A stretch of DNA of 31,908 nucleotides from a virus (lineage: Duplodnaviria > Caudoviricetes). How positions within the stretch are numbered: position 1 is the first letter of the stretch; every line of letters starts with the position of its first letter. Under the pieces are notes generated by a model, which saw nothing but the letters and a program-made list of their open reading frames with translations, had not been told where the DNA came from and did no database searches. A program made the position numbers and the translations under genes. The stretch spans positions 1 through 31,908 of the IMG/VR virus record IMGVR_UViG_3300027640_000015, one strand, 5' to 3'. Below are positions 1 to 8,811 of the stretch, in pieces.

Positions 1-2
1 CG

Positions 3-614
3 CTGTGCTGGGCACACGCGCGGCGCAAGTTCTTCGAGCTCGCCGACGTGCAGACCAACATCCGCAAGGGCAAGCCGGCCAAGGAGATATCGCCCATCGC
101 CGTCGAGGCGGTGAAGCGCATCGACGCACTGTTCGAGATCGAGCGCATGGTCAACGGGCAGACCCCGGAGGCGCGGCTGGCGATGCGACAGCGCCAATCG
201 GCCCCGCTGGTCGCGGATCTCGAGTGCTGGCTTCGCAGCGAGCGCGCGCTCCTGTCGAAGCATGCCAAGGTGGCGAAAGCCATCGATTACCTGTTGTCGT
301 CCAACCACTGGCCGGGCTTCACGCGGTTCCTCGAGGATGGGCGGGTCTGCCTCTCGAACAACGCCGCCGAGCGCTCCTTGCGCGGTGTGGCTTTGGGGCG
401 AAAATCCTGGCTCTTCGCCGGATCAGAACGTGGCGGCCAGCGCGCGGCGGCGATGTATACCTTGATCGGAACGGCCAAGCTCAACGACATCGACCCCCAG
501 GCGTGGCTCGCCGACGTCATCGCCCGCATCTCCGACACGCCGGTCTCGCGGCTGCACGAGTTGTTGCCATGGAACTGGCAGAAGCAGGCACCCCGATCGG
601 CCGAGGCTGCATGA
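3..614 (+). CDS. tnpC: IS66 transposase TnpC, C-terminal part (5' truncated by window)
   Basis: Motifs CWAHARRKFFE, LSNNAAERSLRGVALGRKSWLFAGS, YTLIGTAKLNDIDPQAWL and LHELLPWNW are typical of IS66 DDE transposases. Confidence 0.95.
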   Translation: MCWAHARRKFFELADVQTNIRKGKPAKEISPIAVEAVKRIDALFEIERMVNGQTPEARLAMRQRQSAPLVADLECWLRSERALLSKHAKVAKAIDYLLSSNHWPGFTRFLEDGRVCLSNNAAERSLRGVALGRKSWLFAGSERGGQRAAAMYTLIGTAKLNDIDPQAWLADVIARISDTPVSRLHELLPWNWQKQAPRSAEAA

Positions 615-913
615 TGGCCCGGATCACCCATGTCCACACCATCGATGAGGTCGCAAGGAGGATCGGCGAGAACCTCGAACTCATCGAGATTGTCAGCGCC
701 AATTCCGACAACATCGATTATGGCGAGATGATCTGGGTAGACGACGGCACCGAGGAGGGGATCAAGACCTTCACAGACCGTGGCATCGAATGCCTTCAAG
801 AACTTCTCGCGGACATACGGACATGGGAAGGCGGCATCCGTGAGTTCCTGCGCGACGAACAGTGTGATCCCAAAGTCATCGAGAGCATCATGGCCGACGA
901 GAAGAACTGCTGA
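611..913 (+). CDS. Small acidic hypothetical protein (100 aa) inside IS66, possibly DNA-binding
   Basis: ATG overlaps the tnpC stop (ATGA); clean reading frame; lies inside the terminal repeat. N-terminus HTIDEVARRIGEN resembles an HTH start. Confidence 0.75.
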   Translation: MMARITHVHTIDEVARRIGENLELIEIVSANSDNIDYGEMIWVDDGTEEGIKTFTDRGIECLQELLADIRTWEGGIREFLRDEQCDPKVIESIMADEKNC

Positions 914-919
914 GGCAAG

Positions 920-941
920 ACGGCCCTCGGCGGAACCTTAC
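920..941 (-). repeat. IS66 right terminal inverted repeat (approximate length)
   Basis: Minus strand reads GTAAGGTTCCGCCGAGGGCCGT. The partner repeat is not in the window. Predicted 8-bp target duplication GCCGTGTT (942-949). Confidence 0.65.
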
Positions 942-948
942 GCCGTGT

Positions 949-1188
949 TTAAGGGCTTCGGCTGCGACAACTACGCGCCTGATCCCGCATGACGCTGTAA
1001 TCGGCGATCATCTCGGCGATAGCCGACGCCTCCGGCAGCAGATTGAGCTCGTCGGCCGCGCGCGCCTGGAACTCACGGCTGTACTCGATGACGGGAGGGC
1101 AGACGGTTGCGAGGTGCGGTTCAGAAGCGACCGTTGCGCAGCCGGTCAGCAAGCTCGTCGCGGTCGCGAGGACGGCGAGCTGCCGCAT
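949..1188 (-). CDS. o-spanin (Rz1-like lipoprotein)
   Basis: Signal peptide with lipobox LLTG|C. Overlaps the preceding membrane gene in another frame and is last in the lysis cassette. Start could also be 1209/1212. Confidence 0.7.
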   Translation of the reverse strand: MRQLAVLATATSLLTGCATVASEPHLATVCPPVIEYSREFQARAADELNLLPEASAIAEMIADYSVMRDQARSCRSRSP

Positions 1189-1378
1189 CCAGCATCCGGT
1201 GTTGAACATCATTGGTTTCCTCCAATGTTTCGAGACGTTCGGCGAGGCGGCCCGTGCGTTCACCGGAGCGCCGGAGTGCGAACAGGAACAGGAGCACTGT
1301 GAGCGCGATGGCGCCGTAGCGGAGAGCCGTCCGGGCCCACGGGTTGGTGGCGAACCCAGCGAGGAGCGCACCAATCAT
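1121..1378 (-). CDS. i-spanin (Rz-like inner membrane protein)
   Basis: N-terminal TM segment (YGAIALTVLLFLFAL) plus helical tail; ATGA overlap with the endolysin stop; overlapped by the lipoprotein gene. Confidence 0.7.
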   Translation of the reverse strand: MIGALLAGFATNPWARTALRYGAIALTVLLFLFALRRSGERTGRLAERLETLEETNDVQHRMLDAAARRPRDRDELADRLRNGRF

Positions 1379-2049
1379 CGGCGGCCCCGCTTCCAATCGT
1401 CCAGCCGAGCGTAGATCGTGATCGCGATCCCGCCGAGCGCCACGGCGATGAACACCCAGCGGAGCGTGTCGAGGTACGGCACCAGCGGCAGGATGGCGGA
1501 CTGGGTCTCAGCCAGGACGCTCTGGGCGACCTCGACGCCCGCGGCGCCCAGCGTAGCCACACCGGCGGCCCCGCCGCCCTTCATGGTGCGGCTGTCGGCC
1601 AGCACTTCGCGCGCAGGCGGCGTTTCAGCCGCGAAAGCCGTCGCCCGGATCGGGAAGCGCTCGCCCCACTGGCGAGCGGGCCCGAGATCGACATGGATGA
1701 ATCCCGAGCGCGGATAGAAGCCGAAGCCGAGGAACCCGACCTCCCGTGCCGCCGCCTCGAATGCCGCAGGGTCGTGGTTCGCCATGGCGATGTCGAAGGC
1801 GGCGCCGTCGAGGTGCTTCGACCGAGTGGCGCCGCCCACGGCGCGGTTGTGCTCGGGGCTGCGATAGGCGGAGCGGACGATCAGCGGCTTGCCGAGCCGG
1901 TCGCGCAGCGCCTGCAGCTTGTCGAGCGCCGGTTCGTTGATCAGCAACTTGCCGGTGCCCCGGCAGGCGATTTCTGCGGGCGAGAAGTTGGGCCAGCGCC
2001 AGGTGCCCTCGGGCGCCTCCCGCCAATGGTCGTAGAAGGTCGTGGTCAT
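1375..2049 (-). CDS. Endolysin, peptidase M15 family, with C-terminal hydrophobic segments
   Basis: SAYRSPEHN..VGGA..SKH..G.AFDI and FIHVDLG Zn-peptidase motifs; GGAGG RBS; C-terminal WVFIAVALGGIAITIY. Confidence 0.88.
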   Translation of the reverse strand: MTTTFYDHWREAPEGTWRWPNFSPAEIACRGTGKLLINEPALDKLQALRDRLGKPLIVRSAYRSPEHNRAVGGATRSKHLDGAAFDIAMANHDPAAFEAAAREVGFLGFGFYPRSGFIHVDLGPARQWGERFPIRATAFAAETPPAREVLADSRTMKGGGAAGVATLGAAGVEVAQSVLAETQSAILPLVPYLDTLRWVFIAVALGGIAITIYARLDDWKRGRR

Positions 2050-2060
2050 GTGGGTCCTCC

Positions 2061-2089
2061 AAAACGAAAAACCCGCCTCGAGGGCGGGT
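2061..2089 (-). terminator. Intrinsic terminator upstream of the endolysin
   Basis: Stem ACCCGCC (2071-2077)/GGCGGGT (2083-2089), followed on the minus strand by TTTTCGTTTT. Confidence 0.75.
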
Positions 2090-2123
2090 CATTGCGGGCT
2101 GATGAATGGCGAATGGTGAGCGG

Positions 2124-2411
2124 CTACGGGCTGCCGCCGAAGATCTTGAGCTTGATGGCGATGCCCGCCAGCAGCGCCAGCATGACGCCGGTGGTGATCA
2201 TGCGGACTGCGGTCTGCATGGCGGTGCGCCGCACCAGCCGGATGCAGTCCACGAGGGAGCGCAGATCGCGGATGTCGAGCGCGGCCTCGTCGCCGTCGAG
2301 GCCGACATCGGCCAGCGCGCGCTTCGCGCCTTCCTCGGCCGCCCGGGTCAGGATCGCCTCGAATTCGGCGTCGGGCATGCGCACGAAGCCCTCGGAACGG
2401 GGTGGTGTCAT
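2124..2411 (-). CDS. Small membrane protein (DUF6127-like), holin candidate
   Basis: 95 aa with a single C-terminal TM segment, AGGAGG RBS, located between tail fibre and endolysin. Confidence 0.7.
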   Translation of the reverse strand: MTPPRSEGFVRMPDAEFEAILTRAAEEGAKRALADVGLDGDEAALDIRDLRSLVDCIRLVRRTAMQTAVRMITTGVMLALLAGIAIKLKIFGGSP

Positions 2412-2430
2412 CGGGTCCTCCTTCTGCCGC

Positions 2431-3507
2431 TCAACCGATCTTGCAGCCCCAGAAGGACGTGTGGTCGGCCGCGAAGTAGCCGTCCGCGACCCGGAAATAC
2501 CCCTGGAGCTCGACGGTATCGCCCGCAGTCAGCGGCACCATGGTCTGCAGCCAGATGGCGGTGGCGAGCGAGACATGGGTGGCGGAGATCTCGCCGAGGG
2601 AGCCATGGATTTCCGTCGCGCCGTTCAGCACCAGGCGCCCGCGCATGCGGGCCGTGGCGCTGGCGTTGATCTTGTAGAGCAGCGTCGCGCCGAACAGGTA
2701 GGTGCCGTCGACCGGGGCGACGAAGTGGTTGTTCGCGGCGTCGAACGCGCCCTGATCGTTGGTGTCGGTGTTGTTGAGGCCGATCTTCGTCCATGTCCCG
2801 ACACCGACGTAGTTGTCGTAGTTCGTGTACGCCTTGAAACGCGGCAGCCGGGGCTGATCGACAATGCCGGTGGCGTTGTCGACGCTGAGCCCGTCGAAGA
2901 AGGTGCTGCCATCGGCGGAGACCGCCAGCCGGAAGCGGTCGGACCCGAACAGCCCGAGCAGCGCCTTGGTCACGAAGCCGGTTTGCAAGGTCAGGCCGAG
3001 ATCGTCGCCCGCCCCCTCCTTGTTCATGGTGTGGAAGAGATCGCCCGTCCCTCCCTCGGCCACGGTCCTGGCGGTCCAGAGCGCGGCATTCAGCTTGGCC
3101 GAGAACGGGTTCGACGCATCCGCCGTCGTGCCCAGCCCCAGCAGCGCCATGTTCTGCAGCGCCGCCGGTGTGGTCCCGATCCAGCCCGCGCCGTCGTAGA
3201 CCAGCAGCAGTCCTTCGTCCTCGACCCACGCGCGCCAGCCGGTCCGTGGTGGAAGGCGCAGCCAGGCGCCGTCGGTCCAGAGCGCGACGTTCAGATCCCA
3301 GCCGGACCAATCGCCCGTCGCGCCCGAGCCGACGATGTAGCGATCGCCATCGGTGGGGCTGCCGGGCGGCGCTGTCAGATCGCGGTCGAGCACGGAAAGC
3401 TGCACGAGCCCGTCGAGGATCCGCAGCGCCTCGTTGTGGGTGACATGCTTCTGGGCCTGCGCCGCCAGGATGTAGGGCAGCAGGAGATGGGTCGTGGCGT
3501 CGGACAT
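2431..3507 (-). CDS. Tail fibre / receptor-binding protein (DUF2793-like N-terminus, C1q-like C-terminus)
   Basis: N-terminal LLLPYILAAQAQKHVTHNEAL motif; C-terminal AFD....FVAPVDGTYLF pattern of the C1q/TNF fold; follows the megatron gene. Confidence 0.8.
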   Translation of the reverse strand: MSDATTHLLLPYILAAQAQKHVTHNEALRILDGLVQLSVLDRDLTAPPGSPTDGDRYIVGSGATGDWSGWDLNVALWTDGAWLRLPPRTGWRAWVEDEGLLLVYDGAGWIGTTPAALQNMALLGLGTTADASNPFSAKLNAALWTARTVAEGGTGDLFHTMNKEGAGDDLGLTLQTGFVTKALLGLFGSDRFRLAVSADGSTFFDGLSVDNATGIVDQPRLPRFKAYTNYDNYVGVGTWTKIGLNNTDTNDQGAFDAANNHFVAPVDGTYLFGATLLYKINASATARMRGRLVLNGATEIHGSLGEISATHVSLATAIWLQTMVPLTAGDTVELQGYFRVADGYFAADHTSFWGCKIG

Positions 3508-3517
3508 GGGATGGCCT

Positions 3518-6500
3518 TCAGAGTATCAGCGTGACGGTTTTCGGCGCCCCCCGCCCCACGAGGGCGGAGAGCTGGGAGATGCGGATGTCGAGCGTGTCGC
3601 CGGGGCCGAGCGGCCCGCCCCAATCGGCGGTCTGCTGGGCGACGGTGTAGACGGCGCTGGTCGTGGATGCGCTGAGCACACGTTTCACGCCCGTGCCGTC
3701 GAGGATCTCGACCTCGTAGGCCTCCAGCTCCTCAGCCAGCGGCACCTCGAGCCCGCCCCAGCTGTCGGCGGACAGCGCGCGGGACCGGCGCGTCCAGCGG
3801 ATCGTCAGATCGCCGGGCGTGCGCGGCCTGCGCCAAGGCTGCTCGACATGGGCCACGGAGAACGGACGGAGCCCGATGCCCGCAGGCGTGAAGGCCTGTG
3901 CGACATAGGTCTCGTCGCTGACGGGGCGGCTCGCCGGGCCGATACGCCAGTTCCAAGGGATCCCGAGATCGGTCTCTGCAATCGGCAGGGACGCGAGCGC
4001 GGTGTCCAGCACCACCACGCGTGCGCCTGCCGGAGCCGGGTTGCCCATCGCACCTTCGGTGCCGCGCTGACCGCGCAGGAGCCGGGTGAGCCGATACCGG
4101 CCGGGCGCGAGCAGTTCGGCCGCACCCGCCTGCACGATCTCCCAGATGCCGGGCGCGCTCTCGATGGCCAGCGCGTTCGCCCCGCCGAACAGCGTCAGGT
4201 CGGTGACGCTTTCCAGCGTGCCGGTCAGCAAATCGACCACCAGCGCGTTTCCGGGATCGAAGCGCGAGGTCGGCCCCGCGAAGAGGTCCGAGACCAGTGC
4301 CCCGATCCGGGCGCGGCTGCCGAAGGTCGTCAGCAGATCGAACCCATCGGTCGCGGGGCTGCGGAACACCGCCATCTCGCCCGGCCACGGAACCGCGTGC
4401 GCGGCGACCAGCGGCCGATGCGCGGGCTGGTCCTCGGTCAACTGCGGCAGATCCATCAGCACGGCATCCGGCGCGCCGAAGATGACGACCCGCGTCAGCG
4501 ACGCCGCGCGCGGATCGCCGGGCGGCAGGTCGTAGGTCGCGCGGTCCTGGCGCACCGCCTCGACGCCGCGCGCCTCGGCGTCGGCGATGGAGACGAGCCG
4601 CAGATCCACCAGCCGCCCGTCATGCGCGAGCCGGATCGCGTCGGCCGGATCGAGCGCGAGCTGCGAGGGCGGCAGACGGAACGCCGCGGTCTCGCGCCCC
4701 ACCCACGCCTCCATCAGCGCGCGGCGGCAGCGCCGCTCGGCCTCCTCGGGCGGCACCGCCATCGGGAAGGACTCCGAGGCGATGCGCGTCGTATCCACGG
4801 TGATGCGCCGCGCCTCCACGAGGGCCGCGTCGTAATCCTCGTCGGCACGGGCGACCTGCCATTTCAGGGCCTGCGGCAGTTCGGTCTCCTGGCCGCGCGT
4901 CAGCTCCAGCACGTCGCCCTCGCGGGCGGCCACCAGATCGTCGGGCGCGAGAGTGGCGACGGAGGCCCGGCCGCGCATGACGAAGCGGATCACCCCCTCG
5001 GTCTCCACCGCGTCGAAGCCGAAATGCCGCGACAACGTGGTGATCGAGGCGCGCGGGCTTTCCAGCGCGGTGATGGCGTAGCCCTCGACCGCGCCCCAGA
5101 GGCCCGTGACATCGATCCGGGCTTCCGGCAGCCCGGCGCGCAGGCAGAGGTGCCGGACGAGCGCGGCGAGCGAGACTGCTCCCAGCCGTCCGGTCAGCCA
5201 GTGGCCGAGCCGCCAGTTTACCCCGTCCGTCCAGACATCGGTCAGCGCCGGGAAGAATGGGTACGGCCGCGCGTCCCATGTCCAGGCGGCGCATTCAGGC
5301 ACATGCACCATCCGGCCGCCGTAAACCGAGGACACCGGGTTGTTCGCAGCGTCGCCCCACCAGAGATAGGTCGCCTCGAGATAGGCCCGCTGGATCGCGT
5401 CGTCGCGCCAGCCCCGCGAGAAATGAGGCACGAAGCTCTCCGACGATTTAGGGTCGAAGAAGACATTCGGCTGATTGGTGCCCCGGTCGATGGCCGGGCA
5501 GCCAAGCTCGGTGAACCAGATCGACTTGGATTGCGGCACCCATGCCGTGGGTGTCCCGCTCTCCACTCCGCCCGGGCGGTTGTAATGCGCGTTCGACCAC
5601 CAGGCGCGCAGATCCTTGTAGCGGAAGACCCACGGCTTTGCCGCAGCACCGTCGGTGATGGGCGTGCGGACTTGCGCTGAGCGGTCTGCGGCGCTGGCGT
5701 AGAACCAGTCAAAGCCTTCGCCGCCAGTAATGTTCGCCTGCAAATAGGCGCGGTCGTAGATCGCGGGCCAGCCCTCGGTCGCATCGGCATGCTCGAAGCC
5801 GTCCCGCCAGTCGGAGAGCGGCATGTAGTTATCGATCCCGATGAAGTCGATCTCCGGATCGGCCCAGAGCGGATCGAGATGGAAGAACACGTCGCCCGAA
5901 CCGTCGCGCGGCTGATGCCCGAAATACTCGCTCCAGTCGGCCGCGTAGCCGATCTTGGTGCCGGACCCGAGGATCGAGCGCACATCGGCAAGCAGGTCCC
6001 GATAGGCCTGCACCGCGGGATAGGTGGATGCGCCCGAGCGGATCGTCGTCAGCCCCGGCATCTCCGTGCCGATCAGGAACGCATCGACCCCACCCGCCGC
6101 CGCGCAGAGATGGGCGTAATGCAGCACCATGCGCCGCAGGCCCCAGTCACTAGGCGATCCGGTCCAACTAACACTCGTGCCCGACACGCTGAAGCTCGCG
6201 GGCGTGGCCCCGCCGAACAGCGCCGACACCTGCGTGGTGGCCGTGGTGGTCTTGTCCACTGTCCCGGCGTAGCCTGCCGCCGGCGAACAGGTGATCCGGC
6301 CGCGCCACGGGAACGCGGGCTGTACCGTCTCGACGGCATTGTCGGAATACGGGTTCGGCAGGCTGTTCCCAGGCGGCACATCCATCAGGATGAACGGATA
6401 GAAGGTGACCCGAGGCCCCCGGGCCTTTATCTCCTGGATCGCCTGCACCACCGCGAAATCTGCGGGCGTGCCGCCATAGACCGGGCGATCCTGATCGTCG

Positions 6501-7486
6501 CGACTGACCAGAAAGGCATTGGCGCGGCTGATGCCATTCACGGACCATGCCGACGGCGTGGTGGTCTTGGCGGTGACCTCGACGCCGGGCCGTACCTTGC
6601 AATTGCCTGCCCGCAGATCGTCCCCGAACCAGGCCACCACCAGCGACACACTCTCGACCTTCGGCGCCATCGCCTGCAGCCGATCCAGTGCCACCACCAT
6701 GTCGGCGGTATCGGTGAGCGCGTTGAGGTTCTCGGGCTCTGACGACCCGCCGCTGCCCTTGCGAATACCCTGCGTGGCATAGGCGAACTCGCCGGATGCC
6801 GGGATCATGGTGACGGCCTGAGTCAGCCCCTCCGCCGTGTCCGGATCGGCAAGCGGGCGGAACACCTCAAAACTCAGCTGCGGGATGCGGTTGCCATAGG
6901 CGCCGAGCGGCAGGTCCTCGAAAACGACATAGGCGGTGCCGCGATAGGCAGGCGTGCTCAAAGCGCCCATCTTCGCGGATATAAACGGATCGGCCGTCTG
7001 ACTCTCATCGCCCGGATACCAGCGCCAGGTGATCCCAGCGGTGTCAAGGAGCTTACCGTCGGCCCAGATGCGGCCAATGCCGGTGATCGGCCCCTCGCAG
7101 AGCACGACCGCGAAGCTCGCGTAATAGAAATACTCGGTCGTCTTGACCTTGCCGCCACCCCCACCGCCCTTTCCACCACCCTGCGTGGTGGTCTTCGTCT
7201 CCTCGCGGAAATCCGTCGCCCAGACGATATTGCCACCCATGCGCATCCGGCCATAGAGGCGCGGGATTACCGCCCCTTCGGTGGCCGAGGTGATGCGCAG
7301 ATTGTCCAGCCGCGCGCCTTCGATCCGCTGGGTTGGTGCCAGTGACGAAATGATCCAGCTGTCGACGACCGAGCCGATGGTGGAGCCGATGAAGCCACCG
7401 ATGGTGGCGGCGCTGACGCCGAGGATCGCGCCGCCAATGCTGCCGCCAATGGCAGCGCCAGCGGCACCGAGAACGAGGGTGGCCAT
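3518..7486 (-). CDS. Baseplate multidomain / host-specificity protein (RcGTA g15 megatron-like)
   Basis: 1322 aa; GAVIPRLYGRMRMGGNIVW, PAYRGTAYVVFE, YAADWSEY, IGIDNYMPLSDWRDG and WTWDARPYP motifs. Confidence 0.92.
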   Translation of the reverse strand: MATLVLGAAGAAIGGSIGGAILGVSAATIGGFIGSTIGSVVDSWIISSLAPTQRIEGARLDNLRITSATEGAVIPRLYGRMRMGGNIVWATDFREETKTTTQGGGKGGGGGGKVKTTEYFYYASFAVVLCEGPITGIGRIWADGKLLDTAGITWRWYPGDESQTADPFISAKMGALSTPAYRGTAYVVFEDLPLGAYGNRIPQLSFEVFRPLADPDTAEGLTQAVTMIPASGEFAYATQGIRKGSGGSSEPENLNALTDTADMVVALDRLQAMAPKVESVSLVVAWFGDDLRAGNCKVRPGVEVTAKTTTPSAWSVNGISRANAFLVSRDDQDRPVYGGTPADFAVVQAIQEIKARGPRVTFYPFILMDVPPGNSLPNPYSDNAVETVQPAFPWRGRITCSPAAGYAGTVDKTTTATTQVSALFGGATPASFSVSGTSVSWTGSPSDWGLRRMVLHYAHLCAAAGGVDAFLIGTEMPGLTTIRSGASTYPAVQAYRDLLADVRSILGSGTKIGYAADWSEYFGHQPRDGSGDVFFHLDPLWADPEIDFIGIDNYMPLSDWRDGFEHADATEGWPAIYDRAYLQANITGGEGFDWFYASAADRSAQVRTPITDGAAAKPWVFRYKDLRAWWSNAHYNRPGGVESGTPTAWVPQSKSIWFTELGCPAIDRGTNQPNVFFDPKSSESFVPHFSRGWRDDAIQRAYLEATYLWWGDAANNPVSSVYGGRMVHVPECAAWTWDARPYPFFPALTDVWTDGVNWRLGHWLTGRLGAVSLAALVRHLCLRAGLPEARIDVTGLWGAVEGYAITALESPRASITTLSRHFGFDAVETEGVIRFVMRGRASVATLAPDDLVAAREGDVLELTRGQETELPQALKWQVARADEDYDAALVEARRITVDTTRIASESFPMAVPPEEAERRCRRALMEAWVGRETAAFRLPPSQLALDPADAIRLAHDGRLVDLRLVSIADAEARGVEAVRQDRATYDLPPGDPRAASLTRVVIFGAPDAVLMDLPQLTEDQPAHRPLVAAHAVPWPGEMAVFRSPATDGFDLLTTFGSRARIGALVSDLFAGPTSRFDPGNALVVDLLTGTLESVTDLTLFGGANALAIESAPGIWEIVQAGAAELLAPGRYRLTRLLRGQRGTEGAMGNPAPAGARVVVLDTALASLPIAETDLGIPWNWRIGPASRPVSDETYVAQAFTPAGIGLRPFSVAHVEQPWRRPRTPGDLTIRWTRRSRALSADSWGGLEVPLAEELEAYEVEILDGTGVKRVLSASTTSAVYTVAQQTADWGGPLGPGDTLDIRISQLSALVGRGAPKTVTLIL

Positions 7487-7495
7487 GGGGGGATC

Positions 7496-7930
7496 TCAGC
7501 GTTGTGGAAAGAGGAAGGCAAAGGCGATGCGCCGCCGCCACGATGGGGCGAGCAGTTCTTCGATCACGCCAAGGCGCTCATAGGCGTGGAGGAAACTGTC
7601 GGGCCCGGTGAGGATCCCAACATGCTTGGCAATGGCGCGGGGCTGCATGCGAAAGAGGACCAGCGCGCCCGGAACAACATCAGAAGGTGCGATCTCCGGC
7701 ATCATGCGCCGAGCGCCATCCGCAAGAACCTCACGCGGCCCGGTCTCGCCCCAGTCGCGGCTGTAGGGCGGGATCGGGAACGGCTCTGGCCCGACCACCT
7801 CGCGCCAGATGCCGCGGGCCAGCCCAAGACAGTCGCAGCCAACGCCCCGAAGGCTGGCCTGGTCGTGATACGGCGTGCCCAGCCACGACCGCGCTACCTT
7901 GATAACGCGCTGTGATTTGGCAGCATTCAA
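7496..7930 (-). CDS. NlpC/P60 tail peptidase (RcGTA g14-like)
   Basis: ARSWLGTPYHDQAS..GVGCDCLGL and AKHVGI catalytic Cys/His; TTG start overlapping the upstream stop (TTGA). Confidence 0.9.
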   Translation of the reverse strand: MNAAKSQRVIKVARSWLGTPYHDQASLRGVGCDCLGLARGIWREVVGPEPFPIPPYSRDWGETGPREVLADGARRMMPEIAPSDVVPGALVLFRMQPRAIAKHVGILTGPDSFLHAYERLGVIEELLAPSWRRRIAFAFLFPQR

Positions 7931-8811
7931 AGCACCGCCCCCTCGTGCCCACCATCCTTGGTGGCATAGCGGAGAACCGCATCCTGGCCGGGGATGTGCG
8001 GGAAGCCACGAAAGTTGACGGTATTTGCGAACTTCGCGCCGCATGTCTCCAGGCGCTTGTCGCACCCCGCGCGGACAATGAAGGCGTCACCTTCGGCGAT
8101 GGATCGTACCGGAGCTTCGAGCAGTGTCAGCACCGCGATGCCGTCAGTCAGGTCATGTGCGATGATCTCGGCGCGCCGACCGGCATTCGTGCCGTTTGTC
8201 CATTCGACGGTGCCGAAGGTGAACCAGCCAGACGAAAAACTGCCGAGCCCTGATGTTGTGAAGGCCCGGTCGCGCAGGAGATCGATGACGCCGCCTGTAC
8301 CCTTGAAGGTGGGCCCCTCGAGATCGACCCCGCAGCGCGCATCCCCGAGCGCGGCATCGCAGGTCGTTTGAAACGTCCGGCCAACCGTCTGGCCGAGAAC
8401 ATGGGCCAGCGAGCGCACCTCGGCCACGAAGACCAGACGTCCGCGCCGGATCTGACCGATGGCGCCGCGTCGCATCAGCACGCGTTGGCCGGTGTCCGCC
8501 CAGTTCACCCGCCAGACCTCGACCTCGGCGTTGTCCCAGCGGCCATCCAGAATGTCGGTCTCGGTGATCCGGTCGGAGGTCAGAACGCCCTCAGCATCCT
8601 GCGCGTCGACCGACAGGTCCGAGCCCGAGCGCACCTCTGAAGCCGTCAACCCGCTTTCCGGCTCGAAATAGGTGCCGTCGAAGCTCAGCGTCCGGTCATG
8701 ATCGGTGAAACCAAAGGTCACACCATCTGAACGCGTAATGCGCCAACACCAGGCAAGCGTCGTCGTGCCCTCGTCGAGATGGGCCTGCAGGTCAGGGGTG
8801 ATGCTTTTCAT
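7927..8811 (-). CDS. Baseplate hub protein (DUF2163, RcGTA g13-like)
   Basis: TTTLAWCWRITR.DG..FGFTDHD, CDA.LGD.RC and GCDK...TC..KF.N..NFRGFPHIPG motifs. Confidence 0.92.
   Translation of the reverse strand: MKSITPDLQAHLDEGTTTLAWCWRITRSDGVTFGFTDHDRTLSFDGTYFEPESGLTASEVRSGSDLSVDAQDAEGVLTSDRITETDILDGRWDNAEVEVWRVNWADTGQRVLMRRGAIGQIRRGRLVFVAEVRSLAHVLGQTVGRTFQTTCDAALGDARCGVDLEGPTFKGTGGVIDLLRDRAFTTSGLGSFSSGWFTFGTVEWTNGTNAGRRAEIIAHDLTDGIAVLTLLEAPVRSIAEGDAFIVRAGCDKRLETCGAKFANTVNFRGFPHIPGQDAVLRYATKDGGHEGAVL

Larger units (their letters stand above)
1..941 (+). mobile_element. IS66-family insertion sequence, right part (left end outside window)
   Basis: TnpC C-terminus followed by a terminus ending ...CGGAACCTTAC (reverse complement GTAAGG..., matching IS66 GTAA ends). 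The prophage spanin stop codon lies 8 bp further on. Confidence 0.85.

Noticed and set aside
5-610. N-terminal two-thirds of the 302-aa ORF 5..913
   Set aside because: Alternative frame of tnpC; only 611-913 looks like a real gene.
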